From contig OX597814.1 in the NCBI GenBank assembly GCA_951406725.2, positions 222,890,001 to 222,954,000 on the forward strand: a stretch of DNA of 64,000 nt, written 5' to 3'. The notes below the pieces were generated by a model. That model ran no database searches, was not told the origin of the DNA, and saw nothing but the letters and a program-made list of their open reading frames with translations. Of the stretch, positions 1-14,372 are shown in pieces. Positions within the stretch are counted from its first letter, which is position 1. Every line of letters begins with the position of its first letter. The stretch comes from Octopus vulgaris. Its lineage: Eukaryota. The position numbers and the translations under genes were made by a program.

Positions 1-125
1 TGACATCGAATGTGATAAGACTGGCCCTTTCAAATACAGGTACAACTTATTTTTGCCATCTGAGTGCACTGCTGCAAAATGAACTCAGAACTTCACGATG
101 GTGAGCCGAATACTCTATTCTCACA

Positions 126-379
126 TATTTTTTGCACCCTTTTAAAGGCTAGCAAGTCTTATGGGCCCGGTTTCCCGGTTTCAATGGCGTATGTGTTCCC
201 CAGCTGGACAGGACGCCAGTCCATCGCAGCGTTACTCATTTTTGCCAGCTGAGTGAACTGGAGCAACGTGAAATGAAGTATTTTGCTCAAGAACACAACG
301 AGTTTCCCGGCCCAGGAATCGAAGCCACAAACTTACGATCATGATGCTGACACCCTAACCACTAAGCCACGCGCCTCCA
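126..379 (-). mobile_element. tRNA-derived SINE, group C (CORE-like middle, V-SINE-like GCGATGGACTGGCGTCCTGTCCAG segment)
   Basis: Minus-strand head GTGGAGGCGCGTGGCTTAGTGGTTAGGG...TTCGATTCC (A/B boxes); TGTTCTTGAGCAAAATACTT core; 11-bp TSD CTATTCTCACA at 115-125 and 380-390. An older remnant of the same group occupies about 1-110. Confidence 0.85.
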
Positions 380-3150
380 CTATTCTCACACAATACAAAT
401 GCGTAACATGTTCGTATGCATGTAAATAATATGAGTGATTCTGGGCATGTGACGACCAAGAGGGAATTAAAACAAGTAATTGATTGAAAAAATCTAGGAT
501 GTTTTAAATGTACAGATACATTTCTTTGTTTTATAATTTAGTATTTTCTTAAGTGCTTATTCCTATACTTCAGAGGATATCTCCGGAATATATAGCCCAT
601 TTCTTATTTTTAAGAATTTGAAGGAAATTCTGTTGGAATTTTAAAGAAATTCGGATGTTTGGTAATTGGAAATGGGACGTTGTCACCGAGATACATTACT
701 AAAAGTTATCATTGCATAGACGAAACTACCGAACTTGAGACAAAGAACAAAACCTATTCACTGAAGCTAACAGTTGTACCACTTGCAATAGAACACAATT
801 ATTATATACAAAATTTAAAGTTTAGGCAACAACATTGTCCGTAACTACGTTTCGAGCGACTAAAATTTCTAAGAGAATTTAACAGTTCTCGTGTTTTTGA
901 ATGGCTAACAGATGCCTTCCACACTGCAATCGTTTTAGTTTTTAACTCACTTTTCATTCAAAACATTTGCCAACGCAAGTAAATCTTCGATAAAAACAAA
1001 TGAAATTTTTGCGAAATTTCTTAAATTACTTATTTTCCAAGATATGTCTTGTTATTTTTAATGTTTTTATTTCTGTTATTCACAATATTTTTGAGACGAA
1101 AGAAAGAAAGAAAGAAGGAAATACTGATTCGAAACAATATTTGCAGTGTATGACTAAATGATTTGCTGTTCTTAAATACACTACTACGAAAAAAAAAAAC
1201 GTAATAAAAAAGGATATCTACGTCAGTGTTATGATTTATGCAAACTCAGCAAGTTGTAACATGTAACTCCTGTTAGAAGATTTTGAACGCAGGACTGTTC
1301 GTCAACTATATAACCTTATTGTTCTTTACTGCAGTAAAACATACCTATGTAAAGTAATTATATTCAGCAAGGCAGTGTAGGTCATTAATGAACAAGAAGT
1401 TTCTTGCGCATGGATGCAACGCAACGCTGGCCACAGATTATGAACTGCTGGCCTTTTCGCTGCTAGGCCGACACTCTGCGTTGGCATGTGTAGAAGCAAG
1501 CAGCTATATAGGCATTTTGTTTTTTTGTTTTTTGTACCACAGAACGTTTCCAATTTTGAATAGATTTATCATAAATGCCGAGTGAATAATAGTGATATGC
1601 TGTAAAAAAATAATTGATTTATCTTGGCTACAGGAGATACCAGTTTTTGTATGTATAGACAGCAGTAATAGTAGTAGTTTAATATTAGACATTGCTTCGT
1701 TGTTCATTCTAAATTCTCGGATTCTATGTGTGTATCCATACTAAAAACTGAACCTTCACACTACAACGTTTTGCTCTTTTTTTTTTCTTTTAACGACATG
1801 ATTTGCTTCGTACCGATGAAATTCTTGATACTTTGATATTATTTGGAGATCAGAGTCAGTAGAGCGCTGAATTAAATATCTTGGCTATGTCCTGTTATGG
1901 TTTTCAATTCAAATAAATACATTGCTTTACATTACTTAATTATGTTTCTCATTTGAAATCCTGCCATGATAGGCTTTGTTCCTTCAGAAGTCCATAACAT
2001 GATTTTTCTGTTACGATAACACAAATAGATGAACAACACAGGGGGTCAATGAACATTTATAAAATGTCTTTATGATAAGCCGTAACAATTAAAAAGATAG
2101 TTAATTAAAAGAATAATTCATTTAGCCCACAACAATTTCATGAATTTTACCTATACATATTTTGATAACAATTTTAATGAAACATGTCATTTGAACCAGG
2201 AAAAGTAGGGTGTAAAAATATGTGATATTAGTCATCTACCATACACAATAGCAGAAAATATATACTTAGAAATTATGTAGGTATGTATTGGGAATAACTT
2301 AAAGAAAGTGCAGTATTTATGATAAAGTACCAGTATGTATTCGAGTAATGAACTCCTGGATTTTTTCGAAGTCAACCTAAGTAATGGCAAACTTCACAGA
2401 AAGAAGATAGCCTGTATTAAAAATATATTTTAGGGACGTATTTGAAATTTGCTAATATAGTTGCAGTTGTACCAGATGCCAAATCAAAATTGCCCTGAAA
2501 CGCAACAGCTTCCGTTTTAACAACTTTGGATGATTTCGATAAGCTCACCAAGGACACACTAAACATGTTCTTCTATAGAGATGGTGAGAACATTCCTAGA
2601 TTGCGCTACGTAAATGCCTTCAGTGGGAGTTCTAAAACTAATAATGTGTGTGCGTCATGTATATATATATGTTCAAGGTGCATTCAGTTACATATTTCTA
2701 CAGTTCAAATAAGTATACCTTTGGTAATTTGCATTTTTACATCTTTGCTGAAATTTCCTGAAAAAATTGGAAATTCGACGCAGGTTTTTCAATAATATTG
2801 TATTTTGTTTTAATGTAATTATGAATCATATATCCTTATTTACAATCACTAAGTCTGGCATAGCCTTACATTTTTCATGCAATACCAAAGGTCAGATTTC
2901 TTTTGTACGCTAATATATAAAGTGAGATTTGAAGTTTTCTTAGATTAGAAAAACAATACCAAATAGGTATTCTTTGCATATCAATCATATATATCTCTTA
3001 AACATTTTGGAAGAAATCCTAACTTAATCCACTGAAATATCGATTACAAGTATTATGCTAAATCTGAAACGTAACGCTAATATATGCTTTATTACAACTC
3101 TCTATGAAGATGGCGAACTGGCGAAATCATAGAGCGTCGGAAGAAATACC

Positions 3151-3378
3151 TGTTTCTTTACTACCCACAAGGGGCTAAACACAGAGAGGACAAACAAGGA
3201 CAGACAAACGGATTAAGTCGATTATATCGACCCCAGTGCGTAACTGGTACTTAATTTATCGACCCCCAAAAGGATGAAAGGCAAAGTCGACCTCGGCGGA
3301 ATGTGAACTCAGAACGTAACAGCAGACGAAATACCGCAAAGCATTTCGCCTGACGTGTTAACGTTTCTGCCAGCTCGC
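3151..3378 (-). mobile_element. SINE group B, young copy nested in an older plus-strand group B copy (about 3108-3150 plus 3395-3560)
   Basis: Head GGCGAGCTGGCAGAAACGTTA, body GGTCGACTTTGCCTTTCATCCTTTTGGGGGTCGATAAA, tail GGGTAGTAAAGAAACA; 16-bp TSD CGTCGGAAGAAATACC at 3135-3150 and 3379-3394. Confidence 0.9.
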
Positions 3379-5168
3379 CGTCGGAAGAAATACCATTAAA
3401 CATTTCTTCCGGCACTTTACGTTCTGAGTTCAAATGCCCCCAAAGGCAACTTCGTGTTTCATCCTTCAAGGATTGATAAAATATATTACCAGTCAAACCC
3501 TGAGGTTGATGGTCCCGATTAATCAACATTCTCTCAAAATGTTTATAATCCATTACAATTCTATATTCAGATGTAAATTTCATCTTATAAAATTGAAATT
3601 TAAAAAACAATTTTATACAGCGATTAACTTAATCGATTGGGCGTCACCCGGAGAAAACTGGACTGGTGTTTGCAAAACGAAAAATAGATAATATACAGAC
3701 ACGTTAAAATGTGAATTATAGAGTTATATAGTCGAATGAAACATTTTAAAACTAAATTTATATAATTTTCAAACAATGTTTCCTCAAAATAGAATCCAAA
3801 CTAGCTGATTATATGCTAGCAGAATGTCATTGAATCTAGAAGGTCATATGTTAAATATTGCAAACTAAACTCAGTTGAATGTTTCTGCTTAGCATTGCAA
3901 ACAATCAAACAGAACAATACATTCCGATTTTCCGTTAACGATTAAGCACAAGCCATGATATGCAGATTAAGTGTATAATGTTCACATTGAAATATATAAC
4001 TGATGATGCCCAGGTATGTAAGATATAAGGATATCGTATTTTTTTCTTTTCCATTGTGTATGTGTGCGCGCCCATGCGTTGGTGTGGATATACGAATGCA
4101 ACAAACGCTAAATCTATGCAGTAAATGTCATTTCTTCGTTCGAATTTGGCATTTCACTGTATCACCAGTCAGAGCTTGTCGCTAAGGTGTAAAACTTCTT
4201 GACCTCACGACCTCACAAAAAGGTAAAAATTTAAATAATGACAGATTGAGTTATCCGCTATAAACGAATAGAAGATATGAATAATAAATATGATCGGTTC
4301 TTATACAAATTCATATTTAAGTTTCTAACTGTATTTTACTATTATAGTTGTACACTTCTTTGGAACCTACATGTTCGATCACAATGGATTATCAGTGAGC
4401 GCATTATTGCATTAAATTACAGGAATTTTATGTCCCATATATATACATATATACATGCATATGCGTATATGTATATGAGTGTGTATTGGCCATATTTTCG
4501 TTCAAAATGTACACATACAAATAAAAATAAACAAATCCTTTGTCAGTTTCCTTTGTGACCATTCCATTTGTTCAAATAAATGATTTAATTCCTCTGTGCT
4601 TTACCCTTATAACACAGAGGGTATCAAAGGTACGTGTAAGCTTATAGTAGACTCCAGTAAGAATCAACGTAAAAACAAGAACAAATCTGCTCCATTGAAT
4701 TATTCGCACAATTTATCCAACGGTATCCTGAATTTTTCATTCGGTTCAATTTCGCTTGCAAGTTTCGATCTGAGGCTATTGTACCGCAAGAAGCCATGCA
4801 GTTAGCTCCATCTCGTAACTTTATATTCATGGAAGCACTTCTTAACCAGTCGGCCATATATAAATATATCTGTACGTACATTTTCAATACGCATTTATGT
4901 TAGAAATTTGATTAAAAACGCAAAATGACCTATTGACATAAACATTAAGACACGTTCTCATGTGACATCTGGGAACCTTTAGAATATTTTCAATCATATA
5001 GACTAACTATCTTTGATAGAACCCATATGTAGATAATGTATTACATATGAATATATGTTATATAAATATAATATATTCATATTAGTATGAGTGGAAAGAA
5101 ACACACATGATGTACACAAATTTATAGAGACCCATAGTCACGGCGAGAGAGAGAGATGTATATACGAA

Positions 5169-5217
<49 letters not shown>

Positions 5218-6214
5218 AGAGAGAGATAAAGAGATGGAGTGTTAGTTGTATATGAGGGGGTATATGTGTGGTTAGTATATAAATGCATTTGCATTTGTTT
5301 ACACATACATATGTAGGCGTGTCTGTATAAATATACCAGTACACTGCGTTTCTATTCTCACATACAATGGAATTTTTACATTTATACACACGCGAGCACA
5401 CACACACATACACACATAAGTAAATACATATGTATTCGTATTTAAAACATGAATCCTGGGTACATTTTAATATCTACATACATATGTACAGTACACAGAA
5501 GTAACTGTAAGCGGATCCTTCTTCGGTTTCTCTAATATTTATCCCAGTGGTTCAATTAACGGAACTACATGCTCACTGAGTATTCCATTAACACTTGTTC
5601 CCCTAGCATAATCTTGAAATCGAAACAGTACGTGTTATGAGGCTAGTAATTTGATTTACGGAATATAATTCGTCGAATGGACATGCAGTTTCCGTTGTTT
5701 GCTAGTTTTAAATAAAAGGTTTGGATACACTTCAGAGATTTGAAGAAAGTATTGACCTACATTGTTGCGCATAAGAACCGAAAACTGGGTCTGATCGTTT
5801 TAGTTTGGAAAGTGGCTCTATACATATATGTATACACACACGCAAACACACAAACATACACACACACACATTCATAGTTGAAATTTGTACAAAAGATTGC
5901 ATACATGCGTCAAATTTTGTTATCAAAATTTCCATTGTTAGATAGTTATAAATAAAGTCTAAATCTAAATCTCAAATTGGGAAGAGAAAAGAAAAGTATA
6001 CATAATACATACATACATACACAACATTATATTACATTCATTACATTACATATTCAATATTCAATCATTAAACCAGCAGAGACTGTGCAAAAATTTCCTC
6101 TCTGTATTGGATTAATAAACACCCAGAATTGTTTAATGGCGACCTAAGCGATGGCAAATGTCGAAATAACAATCACACGATCTTCGAGACTTATTTTCTA
6201 TTATTACTTACTCT

Positions 6215-6582
6215 GTTAGTGCACCGGACGAAATCCTTAGTGGTATTTCGTCTGCCGCTACGTACTGAGTTCAAATTCCGCTAAGGTCGACTTTGCCTTT
6301 CATCCTTTCGGGGTCGATTAAATAAGTAGCAGTTATGCACTGGGGTCGATATAATCGACTTAATCCGTTTGTCCTTACTGTGTTTAACCCCTTGTGGGTA
6401 GTAAAGAAATAGGTATTTCGTCTGCCGCTACGTTCTGAGTTCAAACTCCGCTGAGGTCGACTTTGCCTTTCGTCCTTTCGGGATCGATAAATTAAATATC
6501 AGTGAAACATCAGGGTAGATGTAATCGACTAGTCCCCTCCCACAAAATTTCACGCTTTATGCCTTTAGTAGAAAGGATTATT
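6215..6582 (+). mobile_element. SINE group B head-to-tail dimer (young-tail copy joined to old-tail copy)
   Basis: Two GGTATTTCGTCTGCCGCTACG...GGTCGACTTTGCCTTT units; junction GTAGTAAAGAAATA|GGTATTTC at about 6411/6412. Confidence 0.9.
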
Positions 6583-6660
6583 ACTTACTTTGTATTGAAA
6601 TTTGTTAAAGAAACATTAAATACACACACGCACACACATTTGAAATAAGCTTTAGCTATG

Positions 6661-6855
6661 TTCTTTTAATCTTCTATTTGTCTCAGTCATTCGACTACGG
6701 TCATGCTGCAGCACCAACTTAAGGGGTTTGAGTCGAACAAATCGACCCCAGGACTTATTATTTGTAAGCCTAGTACTACGCTAAGTTACGGGGACATAAA
6801 CGCACCAACATTGATTGTCAAGCGATGGTGGGGGTACAAACACAGTCGCAAACAC

Positions 6856-6891
<36 letters not shown>

Positions 6892-7052
6892 CGGGCTTCT
6901 TTCAGTTTCCGTCTACCAAATCCACTCACAAGGCTTTGGTCGGCCCGAGGCTATAGTAGAAAAAGCTTGCCCAAAGTGCCACGCAGTGGAACTGAACCCG
7001 AGACCATGTGATTGGGAAGTAAGTTACTTACCACACAGCCACGCTTGCGCCT
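6661..7052 (-). mobile_element. tRNA-derived CORE-like SINE, group A (resembles the octopus OR-type SINEs)
   Basis: Minus head AGGCGCAAGCGTGGCTGTGTGGTAAG...GGTTCAGTTCCACTGCGTGGCACTTTGGGCAAG; internal (TA)n; highly similar to the copies at 9670, 54801 and 61078. Confidence 0.9.
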
Positions 7053-8509
7053 ATACTGAGATTAATTCAACAAATTCTCCCCTACAAGTCTTTTGGTTTG
7101 GTATTCTTTAACAAATTTCAATACAGAATTAGTACACAAGTGATAATGGAAGAATTCTATTTGAATTCTAATTGCTTGTCATGTCTGTTGCATTCTTATT
7201 ATAAGATTCTCCTTTGAATAAGCCACCCAAATAATATATATATATATACATAGGTGGGTGTTGAAGAGTGTGTACTTACAACAAATTCGTATCCATCATA
7301 CAGGAATGTATGTTTACAAGAGAATGTGTGCGCGCGCGCAGGCTCGATTAAGGTTGAAAAATAGTAATGGGAAATTCATGAAAGCTGAATGGGAAGTGAA
7401 AACCGGAAGTGTCTCGTCATTTATAGCCGATGTCAGGAGGTACTCTCACGTGTTAACTTTGACTAGTAAGTAATGAAAATATAATTAGGAGTTCAAATTT
7501 CAGTTGGGTTATGGTGTGTAGAAAAATCCTGTTAGTGGCTTCAGCAGATACAATAACGTAAACTAAAAGTGAACAAAATATAAGAATACAATCAGTAGGT
7601 AACTATTAAGCGCCTATAGATATGAGGGCAAGATGATTTGTCAGGGATGGTTGTTTCACAATTTAAGTTTCAAATTTCAGCTGATATTTCAATTTTCGCA
7701 TCTGCCAGGTTGGTCTTAACATATAATTAGCTTCGACTGCAATGTGCTAAAAGCATACACTGAGTGACTAAATTAGTGATAGGGAACTGTAGCGTCTACG
7801 TACATTTTTAAAGTTGACATTCATCAAAAGGGGCCGCTTCTGAAAAGGCAATCAATTAACTAAATGATAAAAACATCTGAACCAAATTTGGTCGGCAACT
7901 TATTAAGAGTACTCGGTTCGGCAAAGAAAGGACTTCTGTGCTTTTGCTTCAGTTTCTTTTTAATATTTGTCGGTTTTATTTATTTCTTAATTTTTTTTTA
8001 TGTGAGATGTTGATTTCTTTACACGCAGCTGGAATGTAACTAATAGAAAGTTCACAAGAAAAACATAATATTCACAAGATGCACACAGAAATATTCCTAA
8101 AGGAATTAAAATGACGCTGATCAATCGCAGATTGGCGAGTGGATAAACATACAAGCGCATGATATCCTATCTTATGCACTGTGTTTTATCCGATCCATTG
8201 CAAATCTCTTAACATATAATTAGCCCATCTCGACAATTTGCAATTAGATATTATAAGAATAGTATAGGAATAAGAATATCACGTAGAAGTCACTTATTCT
8301 CAAGCAATTTGTTGGCTCTAAACGGCAAGTTCAAATCTCATAGCGTAAATTCAGGTTATCATCCAGGATTTTCAAGGAAACTCTAAAGTGTTATGTATGT
8401 CGCTGTTTCATCTTTAAAATAGGAAATAATATTGCAGGTACAAGAAAATTTAACACAGGTGATCGACAGGTAAATTTGCACTCAAAATTCAAATAATTGC
8501 ACAAGATAT

Positions 8510-8839
8510 TTTTTAAAAGACTCCGCCGGTTACGACGACGAGGGTCCCAGCTGATACGATCAACGGAACAGCTTGCTCGTGAAATTAACATGCAAATGGC
8601 TGAGCATTCCACAGACACGTGTACCCTTAACGTAGTTCTCGGGGATAATCAGCGTGACACAGAGAGTGACAAGGCTGACCCTTTAAAATACAAGTACAAC
8701 TCATTTTTGCCAGCTGAGTGGACTGGAGCAACGTGAAATAAAGTGTCTTGCTCAAGGACACAACGCGTCGCCGGGAATCGAACTCACAACCTTACGATCA
8801 TGAGCCGAATGCCCTAACCACTAAGCCACGCGCCCTCAC
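8510..8839 (-). mobile_element. tRNA-derived SINE, group C (second tail type)
   Basis: Head GTGAGGGCGCGTGGCTTAGTGGTTAGGG...GAGTTCGATTCCC; core GTGTCCTTGAGCAAGACACTT; 12-bp TSD TGCACAAGATAT at 8498-8509 and 8840-8851. Confidence 0.9.
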
Positions 8840-8859
8840 TGCACAAGATATATTACAAA

Positions 8860-9233
8860 CTAGCAGTATCGCCCGGCGTTGCTCGGGTTTGTAAGGGAAA
8901 TATCTATAAAGCAATTTTTAGAGAGTTATAGCCAAAAAATGGGAAAAAAATTATGGTAAATTTTTTTTGAGAGCTAAAAAGGTCGAGTTGCATCCCCTAG
9001 ACAGTCTGTGGTTTGTGTTTCTGATTCTCGACCCCATGTCGAATTTATCGATTTTTTTCAGAACTGGGGGAACTTTTCAAAATTTTCACTGCGTTAGTTT
9101 TGAATTATGACATTGGGCTATGTGTGTGTCAAGTTTCATCAGAATCGGTTGAAAGCCGTGGTCAGGGTGAGGGTACAACCTAACAGATACACAGACACGC
9201 AGACAGACAAACTGCCGTTTATATAGAGAGAGA
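8860..9233 (-). mobile_element. Non-autonomous Helitron
   Basis: Minus strand starts TC, ends with hairpin CCCGAGCAACGCCGGG then CTAG; sits between host A and T with no TSD; near-identical to 14993-15376. Confidence 0.85.
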
Positions 9234-9669
9234 TAACACTACGTTCCAGAGTATTTGCTGAAAGATCGAGTGTAGATCGAGTCAACGATGAACTCACTAC
9301 GTAGTCGCTCGATATGCAAGAAGCAATCTCCTTTATACTGCGCCCTAGTAAATTTAAACGGGTTAAGGGAAGGTTACATTGGATATGTAACGTATACATT
9401 CTTAGATCAACTACTGTATAACATGACTAAAATAATTCCTAGGAAGTCAGTGACCCTAGTAATCAGACATGACCTAATACTAAACAATGTATAACTATAC
9501 ACTGTATGAGAAAGAGAAAATGACAACCAGTTCCAGTTGTCAGATCTAAATATCACATTCCTGTATAATGTATCTATGAGCTTATGCGTGTGTATATGTG
9601 CATGTATGTATATGTATGTATATACATTGTGTGCGCGCACAATGTATTGAAAACACAAATATTATTGGT

Positions 9670-10075
9670 TACTCTTTTACTTGTTTCAGTCATTTGACTG
9701 CGGCCATGCTGGAGCACCGCCTTTAATCGAGCAAATCGACCCCGGGACTTATTCTTTTGTAAGCCCAGTACTTATTCTATCGGTCTCTTTTGCCGAACCG
9801 CTAGGTAACGGGGACATAAACACACCAGCATCGGTTGTCAAGCAATGCTAGGAGGACAAACACAGACACACGAACACACACACGCATATATATATATATA
9901 TATATATATACGACGGGCTTCTTTTCAGTTTCCGTCTACCAAATCCACTCACAAGGCTTTGGTCGGCCCGAGGCTATAGTAGAAGACACTTGCCCAAAGT
10001 GCCACGCAGTGGGACTGAACCCGGAACCATGTGGTTGGTAAACAAGCTACTTACCACACAGCCACTCCTGCACCT
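9670..10075 (-). mobile_element. SINE group A, full length
   Basis: Near-identical to 61078-61492; tRNA-like head, CORE-like CTTTGGGCAAGTGTCTT, internal microsatellite, AAAAGAGT-type tail. Confidence 0.92.
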
Positions 10076-11384
10076 ATAAACGGTTACATCGTTTTTTGTA
10101 ATAAACTGGGTTTTTTTCTTTTTTGATGCGTTCTTTACAGTTGTCTTAATGTTTCTAGGTCATTGTTCTCTTTTAATCTAGACGAAGGGGTCTCTGTCTT
10201 TTGAGAGAAGATACTTGTTTCACTCAAAATGCAGCTATTGGTGCATTTAATCATTAATGGTGAAACTTTGGAGTATAGAATTAACTGATATTTTAATTCT
10301 TTCAAATTGTCCTGCTCGCTTACAATCAAAGTGCAATAAATAAGAATGTTCTTTAGTGGTTTAGGAATTTGACTGCCCTTTTTAGCATGCAAGAAACCAC
10401 ATAGTGGCATTCTCTCCGTGTATAAATGTTATATATAACACCGGGATTCCGTACAGTTTCCCGCGACGAAATTCATTCGCAAACCATTAGTCGGGCAGGG
10501 ACTATAATGAATGACACTTGCCAATATGCTATGCAGTTGGACTTAATACTGAAAAGAAATCTCTAATGAACTCAAGGACAAATGTGAAGAAAACTAATTA
10601 ATAACACCAATATCTTGAAGGCAGTCGTAGAGTATGTGTTTGTCGTGGTGGTATGCCTTTAAGTTTCAGGCATTATTTCACTCACCCTTCGTTATTACCA
10701 TTAATATATTGCATTCAATTTACTCCACTCTGTCCCTTGTAATGCTGCATTGATGCAAACCTCTCCTATCGTGATGTATGAATAATGAATTATTGAGGAT
10801 TCAATTGCTTTAATGGAATTGAAATCGTTCCTTTTACATATATAACTTAACATAAGTGGATGCAGAGAATAAAATGGTTCGGTTAATTTGAAATACCAAA
10901 GCTCTTAAGTGAAGTAATTAGCACATCTTACGGTTTTATGGGCGCGGCGTTCGAATCCCGCATGGAATCAAACGAGTTTTAAGTAAATGTTTGTGCATGT
11001 GTGTGTGTGTGTGTGTAGCACCATATTTTGATACACTGAAGTGAAATCTTTGTTTATATGTTGTCTGTATCTAACTCTGGCCATATGTTAAATTTGTTTC
11101 TTGATTTAGTCGGTAGCAGCTGTGATGTTGCTTCAGTGTGGTTCTTAGCACAACTAAACAGTACTAGCAGCATACAAATTCTGCAGGCGATATTACACGT
11201 ATTTTCCGTCTTCTGTTTTAGATGTTTTATTCAGCTGCTAAATTTCTTATTTCCTTTCAAAAAAAAAAAAACCTTCAGCAAACTTAACTCATATTCGTCG
11301 GAAATATTCATACGTTATTACAACTTCCCTTTTTACAAACTTCTATAATTTTCTGTTGAAACACCTATATAATCCTTTTTACTA

Positions 11385-11570
11385 TAGGCACAAATCCTTA
11401 AAGTTGGGGGAGTGCTATAATCGGTTACACGGACCCCAGTACCCTACGGGTACTTATCTTATCAACACCGCAGGATGAAAGACAAAGTCGACCTCGGCGG
11501 AATTTGAACTCAGAACATGAAGACGGAAGAAATGTCGCTAAGCATTTCTCCCGGTGTGCTCACCGCCTTA
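11385..11570 (-). mobile_element. SINE group B, diverged
   Basis: GGATGAAAGACAAAGTCGACCTCGGCGGAATTTGAACTCAGAAC matches the reverse complement of the group B body. Confidence 0.8.
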
Positions 11571-11689
11571 AACACATCTTTATAATCAACAAGCAAGAAT
11601 CAGTGCCGGCCAACCGTGCCAGAAATCCCCAAAATAACACCACAACATTTACAAAACGAGGAAAAATCGAATGAAGATCATATTAGAGA

Positions 11690-12350
11690 GTGTTGTCCGA
11701 GATATATATGAAGACGAGTTTGTCACGTCTGAAAAGTACTTCTACACTTACGCGAGAAGCACGTCTTCCCAGGTAAATGGGCAGAAAGACCACTTCTTCC
11801 GTCTTGAAGGGAGTAAAGGCATGATGTCTGGCCACAGCCTCGGACGCAAACCACACCACCTCCGTTGCGAACTCTTTCCCTCTTTCCAAATGGGCTGCAG
11901 AGCTCTTTCCACTTCAGTTCTCATAGTTAACTCTATCCGATGTACTCTTATATGTTCTGTACATCACAGTTCTTTTGGCCTTCTTTTCGGTAGTTTTCTT
12001 GGGATGGGATACCTTAACGTCGTTCCTCTCCTTTTTCATCATTTCTTGGAATTTTTCAATTCCTCCAGGCATACATCTTCAGACTTCCGTCTCACCGCCT
12101 CTGCGAAATTCTTCTTTTCCGCCTTATCTATTTTTATCGAGACATCCTATTAGCTTCTACTCAGACGACGACAGGTCTGAGTAGCTAATTCTTTTTATTT
12201 TACCACAATTCCTCTTTCAAACAAGGGGGCAGCTTTAACAAAACTGCCGTAAGGCAGCAAAATCAAGTGCCTTGAGAGACAAAAATTATCAACAAATAGA
12301 ACTCAATACACCTTGACTAACTTTTCGAACAACGTACAAACAAAAAAGAT
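11690..12350 (-). pseudogene. Degenerate 5' region/ORF1-like fragment of a non-LTR retrotransposon (possibly Tx1/L1)
   Basis: Broken minus-strand reading with a Lys/Glu-rich N-terminus containing KNFAEAVRRK (SYAxAV-like gag motif), followed by TVMYRTY...WFASEAVARHHAFTPFKTEEVVFLPIYLGRR; stops and frameshifts present. Assignment is inference. Confidence 0.4.
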
Positions 12351-13072
12351 GATCGTAACAACAATTTCTTTATTGCCCACAGGGGCCAAACACAAAGGGA
12401 CGGTAAAAATGAGGGAGGAGTCGATGGTACGTATGTTTTCTACACAGAGGTGAAAAGTAAAATATATATATATATATATGTAATTAAGCAATTAAGGACA
12501 ACTACTTAATAAGGAAAACTTAACAAGAAATTGTCAGGTAGATAGCGTGAAAACCTCATAAGAGAAAAATTTCGAAAATAATTATTTCTTATTGAACATA
12601 TTAATAAATTAATATGCCCTCTATATATATATATGTATATATATATTGGTCCAGGCCACGTCTAACTTAATAGCACCACCTGATAGGATTATTTGAATCC
12701 TGTTTTAGTCAAGTTTTGTTTATGTTCCATTCAAGTAGTGAGTTTTTGTTGGGTGATATGTATGTATGTATGTAATAGATTTAAATCAGTAATTTGGTCG
12801 TACTTATTCTGAAGACATTGGGAAGATGAAACCGTCCACCACGTGATTTGAACCCTACTGCTACTGTATCGGTTTGTAAATTCACCGTCTTTTTATTATA
12901 ATCGTTAAATCAAAGATGATACAATTAAAAAATAATATTCTATTTTATTGCATTCATCATTTTTCTTTCGTTCTGGACATTTTCTCTAAATTCAATAATT
13001 ACATGTGCGTATATGTGTGTGTAAGTAGGTATGTATATATATATATGTGTGTGTGTGTGTTTGTGTGTGCGT

Positions 13073-13109
<37 letters not shown>

Positions 13110-13974
13110 ATGTACTTTTTACTGATAATAAATTGGTAGGTAATTAGTTTCTAAGATAATGAGAGAAAAATGTCAGCTGAAATGAGTTACTTTTTATAAT
13201 GAAAATTAAACAGTTTTCAAGTATTTGTGTATATAGAACATAGTAATATACACACATTATAGAAATTATGATTTACTTTTGTCATTATTTTTCTATTGAT
13301 TTTTTTTTTGTATTTTTTTTTTGTATCGTCAGTGAATTTTTGACAGTATCGATAAAGCTGTCACTCACAAAAGGAAATTAGTACGTATCCAGTGTTTGAA
13401 AGAAAGAATTATGTACGAACCATCTTTGTTTATCACTTTTTCTAAAAATATAGGCTGTCTATTTTTATCAGCTGTTAATATATTTTCTTGAGTTCATGGG
13501 TGTTGTCTGGATGAGACCTCATTAAAGCTAAAGAAAATATCCAGTACAATATATATAAATATAAAGTATTTAATAGAAATTACTAAGAGTTGTTTGGATA
13601 AATGGTACCTTTGAAATCCATTGCCAACTTTCAGAAATTCTTTTTGATATATTCCAAGATGAACGTTTTTTTTCAAAAGTGTTGATTCTTCTAACTTCGC
13701 AAATATTTTATTTTTTTAATCCTTTTTGAAACAAGTTTTTCTACGAATTTAAAATGTTTCAGTTAGATCAAGATCGTTACAGCGAATGTAGTAGGTGACA
13801 GAATAAAGTGAACAAGGGACATTTCTCACGATATTTACTTGGGGAATCTTTAGCTGTTGAGTCCACACTAGGCTACACCCGGTTTTGCTTTTCGACAATA
13901 CGTGATCGATAAATAAAGCATCACTCAAGAGCTACATTAAACACGTCTACTTAAACTGTTTCTGGCAGAACCGA

Positions 13975-14190
13975 GAGGCGGCGAGATGTAAGGAACGCTA
14001 CTGTGCCGGAAAAAATGCCCAGCAGCATCTCGTCTGTTTTTTACGTTCTGTGGTCATATTCCGCCTAGGTTGACTTTGCCTTTTATTCTTTCGGGGAAGA
14101 TAAAATAAGTTCCAGCCGAACACCGGAGTCAACATAATCGACTTTCCTTTCCCCTAAAATTGCTGGCTTTGAAACAAAATTTGAAACCAT
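13975..14190 (+). mobile_element. SINE group B, diverged
   Basis: GGCGGCGAGATG head; TACGTTCTG...GGTTGACTTTGCCTTTTATTCTTTCGGGG body; AAATTTGAAACCA old-type tail. Confidence 0.75.
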
Positions 14191-14254
14191 TAATTTAGTG
14201 AGAGTTAAATGCTAGAATTCGTAAGGTAAAATGGCAATATGACGCTGTATTTAC

Positions 14255-14372
14255 CTCTGAGTGCCACTGTTGTCATCACTGCATTCTGAGTACCACTATT
14301 GTCATCAATGAATTCTGAGTGCCACTGTTGTCATCACTGCATTCTGAGTACCACTGTTGTCATCATTGCATT
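14255..14372. repeat. 29-bp minisatellite x4 (ATTCTGAGTRCCACTRTTGTCATCACTGC)
   Basis: Four adjacent units; alternating GTGCC/GTACC variants give a 58-bp higher-order period. Confidence 0.9.

Noticed and set aside
1326-1553. Minus-strand ORF with an AG|GTATGT donor near 1345
   Set aside because: No recognisable homology, acceptor or partner exon; unsupported without transcripts.
8295-8308. 14-nt match to the reverse complement of miR-137 (TATTCTCAAGCAAT)
   Set aside because: Both ends mismatch including a seed position, and there is no hairpin.
10905-10970. GTTCGAATCCC B box suggesting a tRNA gene
   Set aside because: No acceptor stem or cloverleaf; likely a decayed SINE head.
14255-14372. 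29-bp repeats of CRISPR-like length
   Set aside because: Units are contiguous with no spacers; eukaryotic context; no cas genes.
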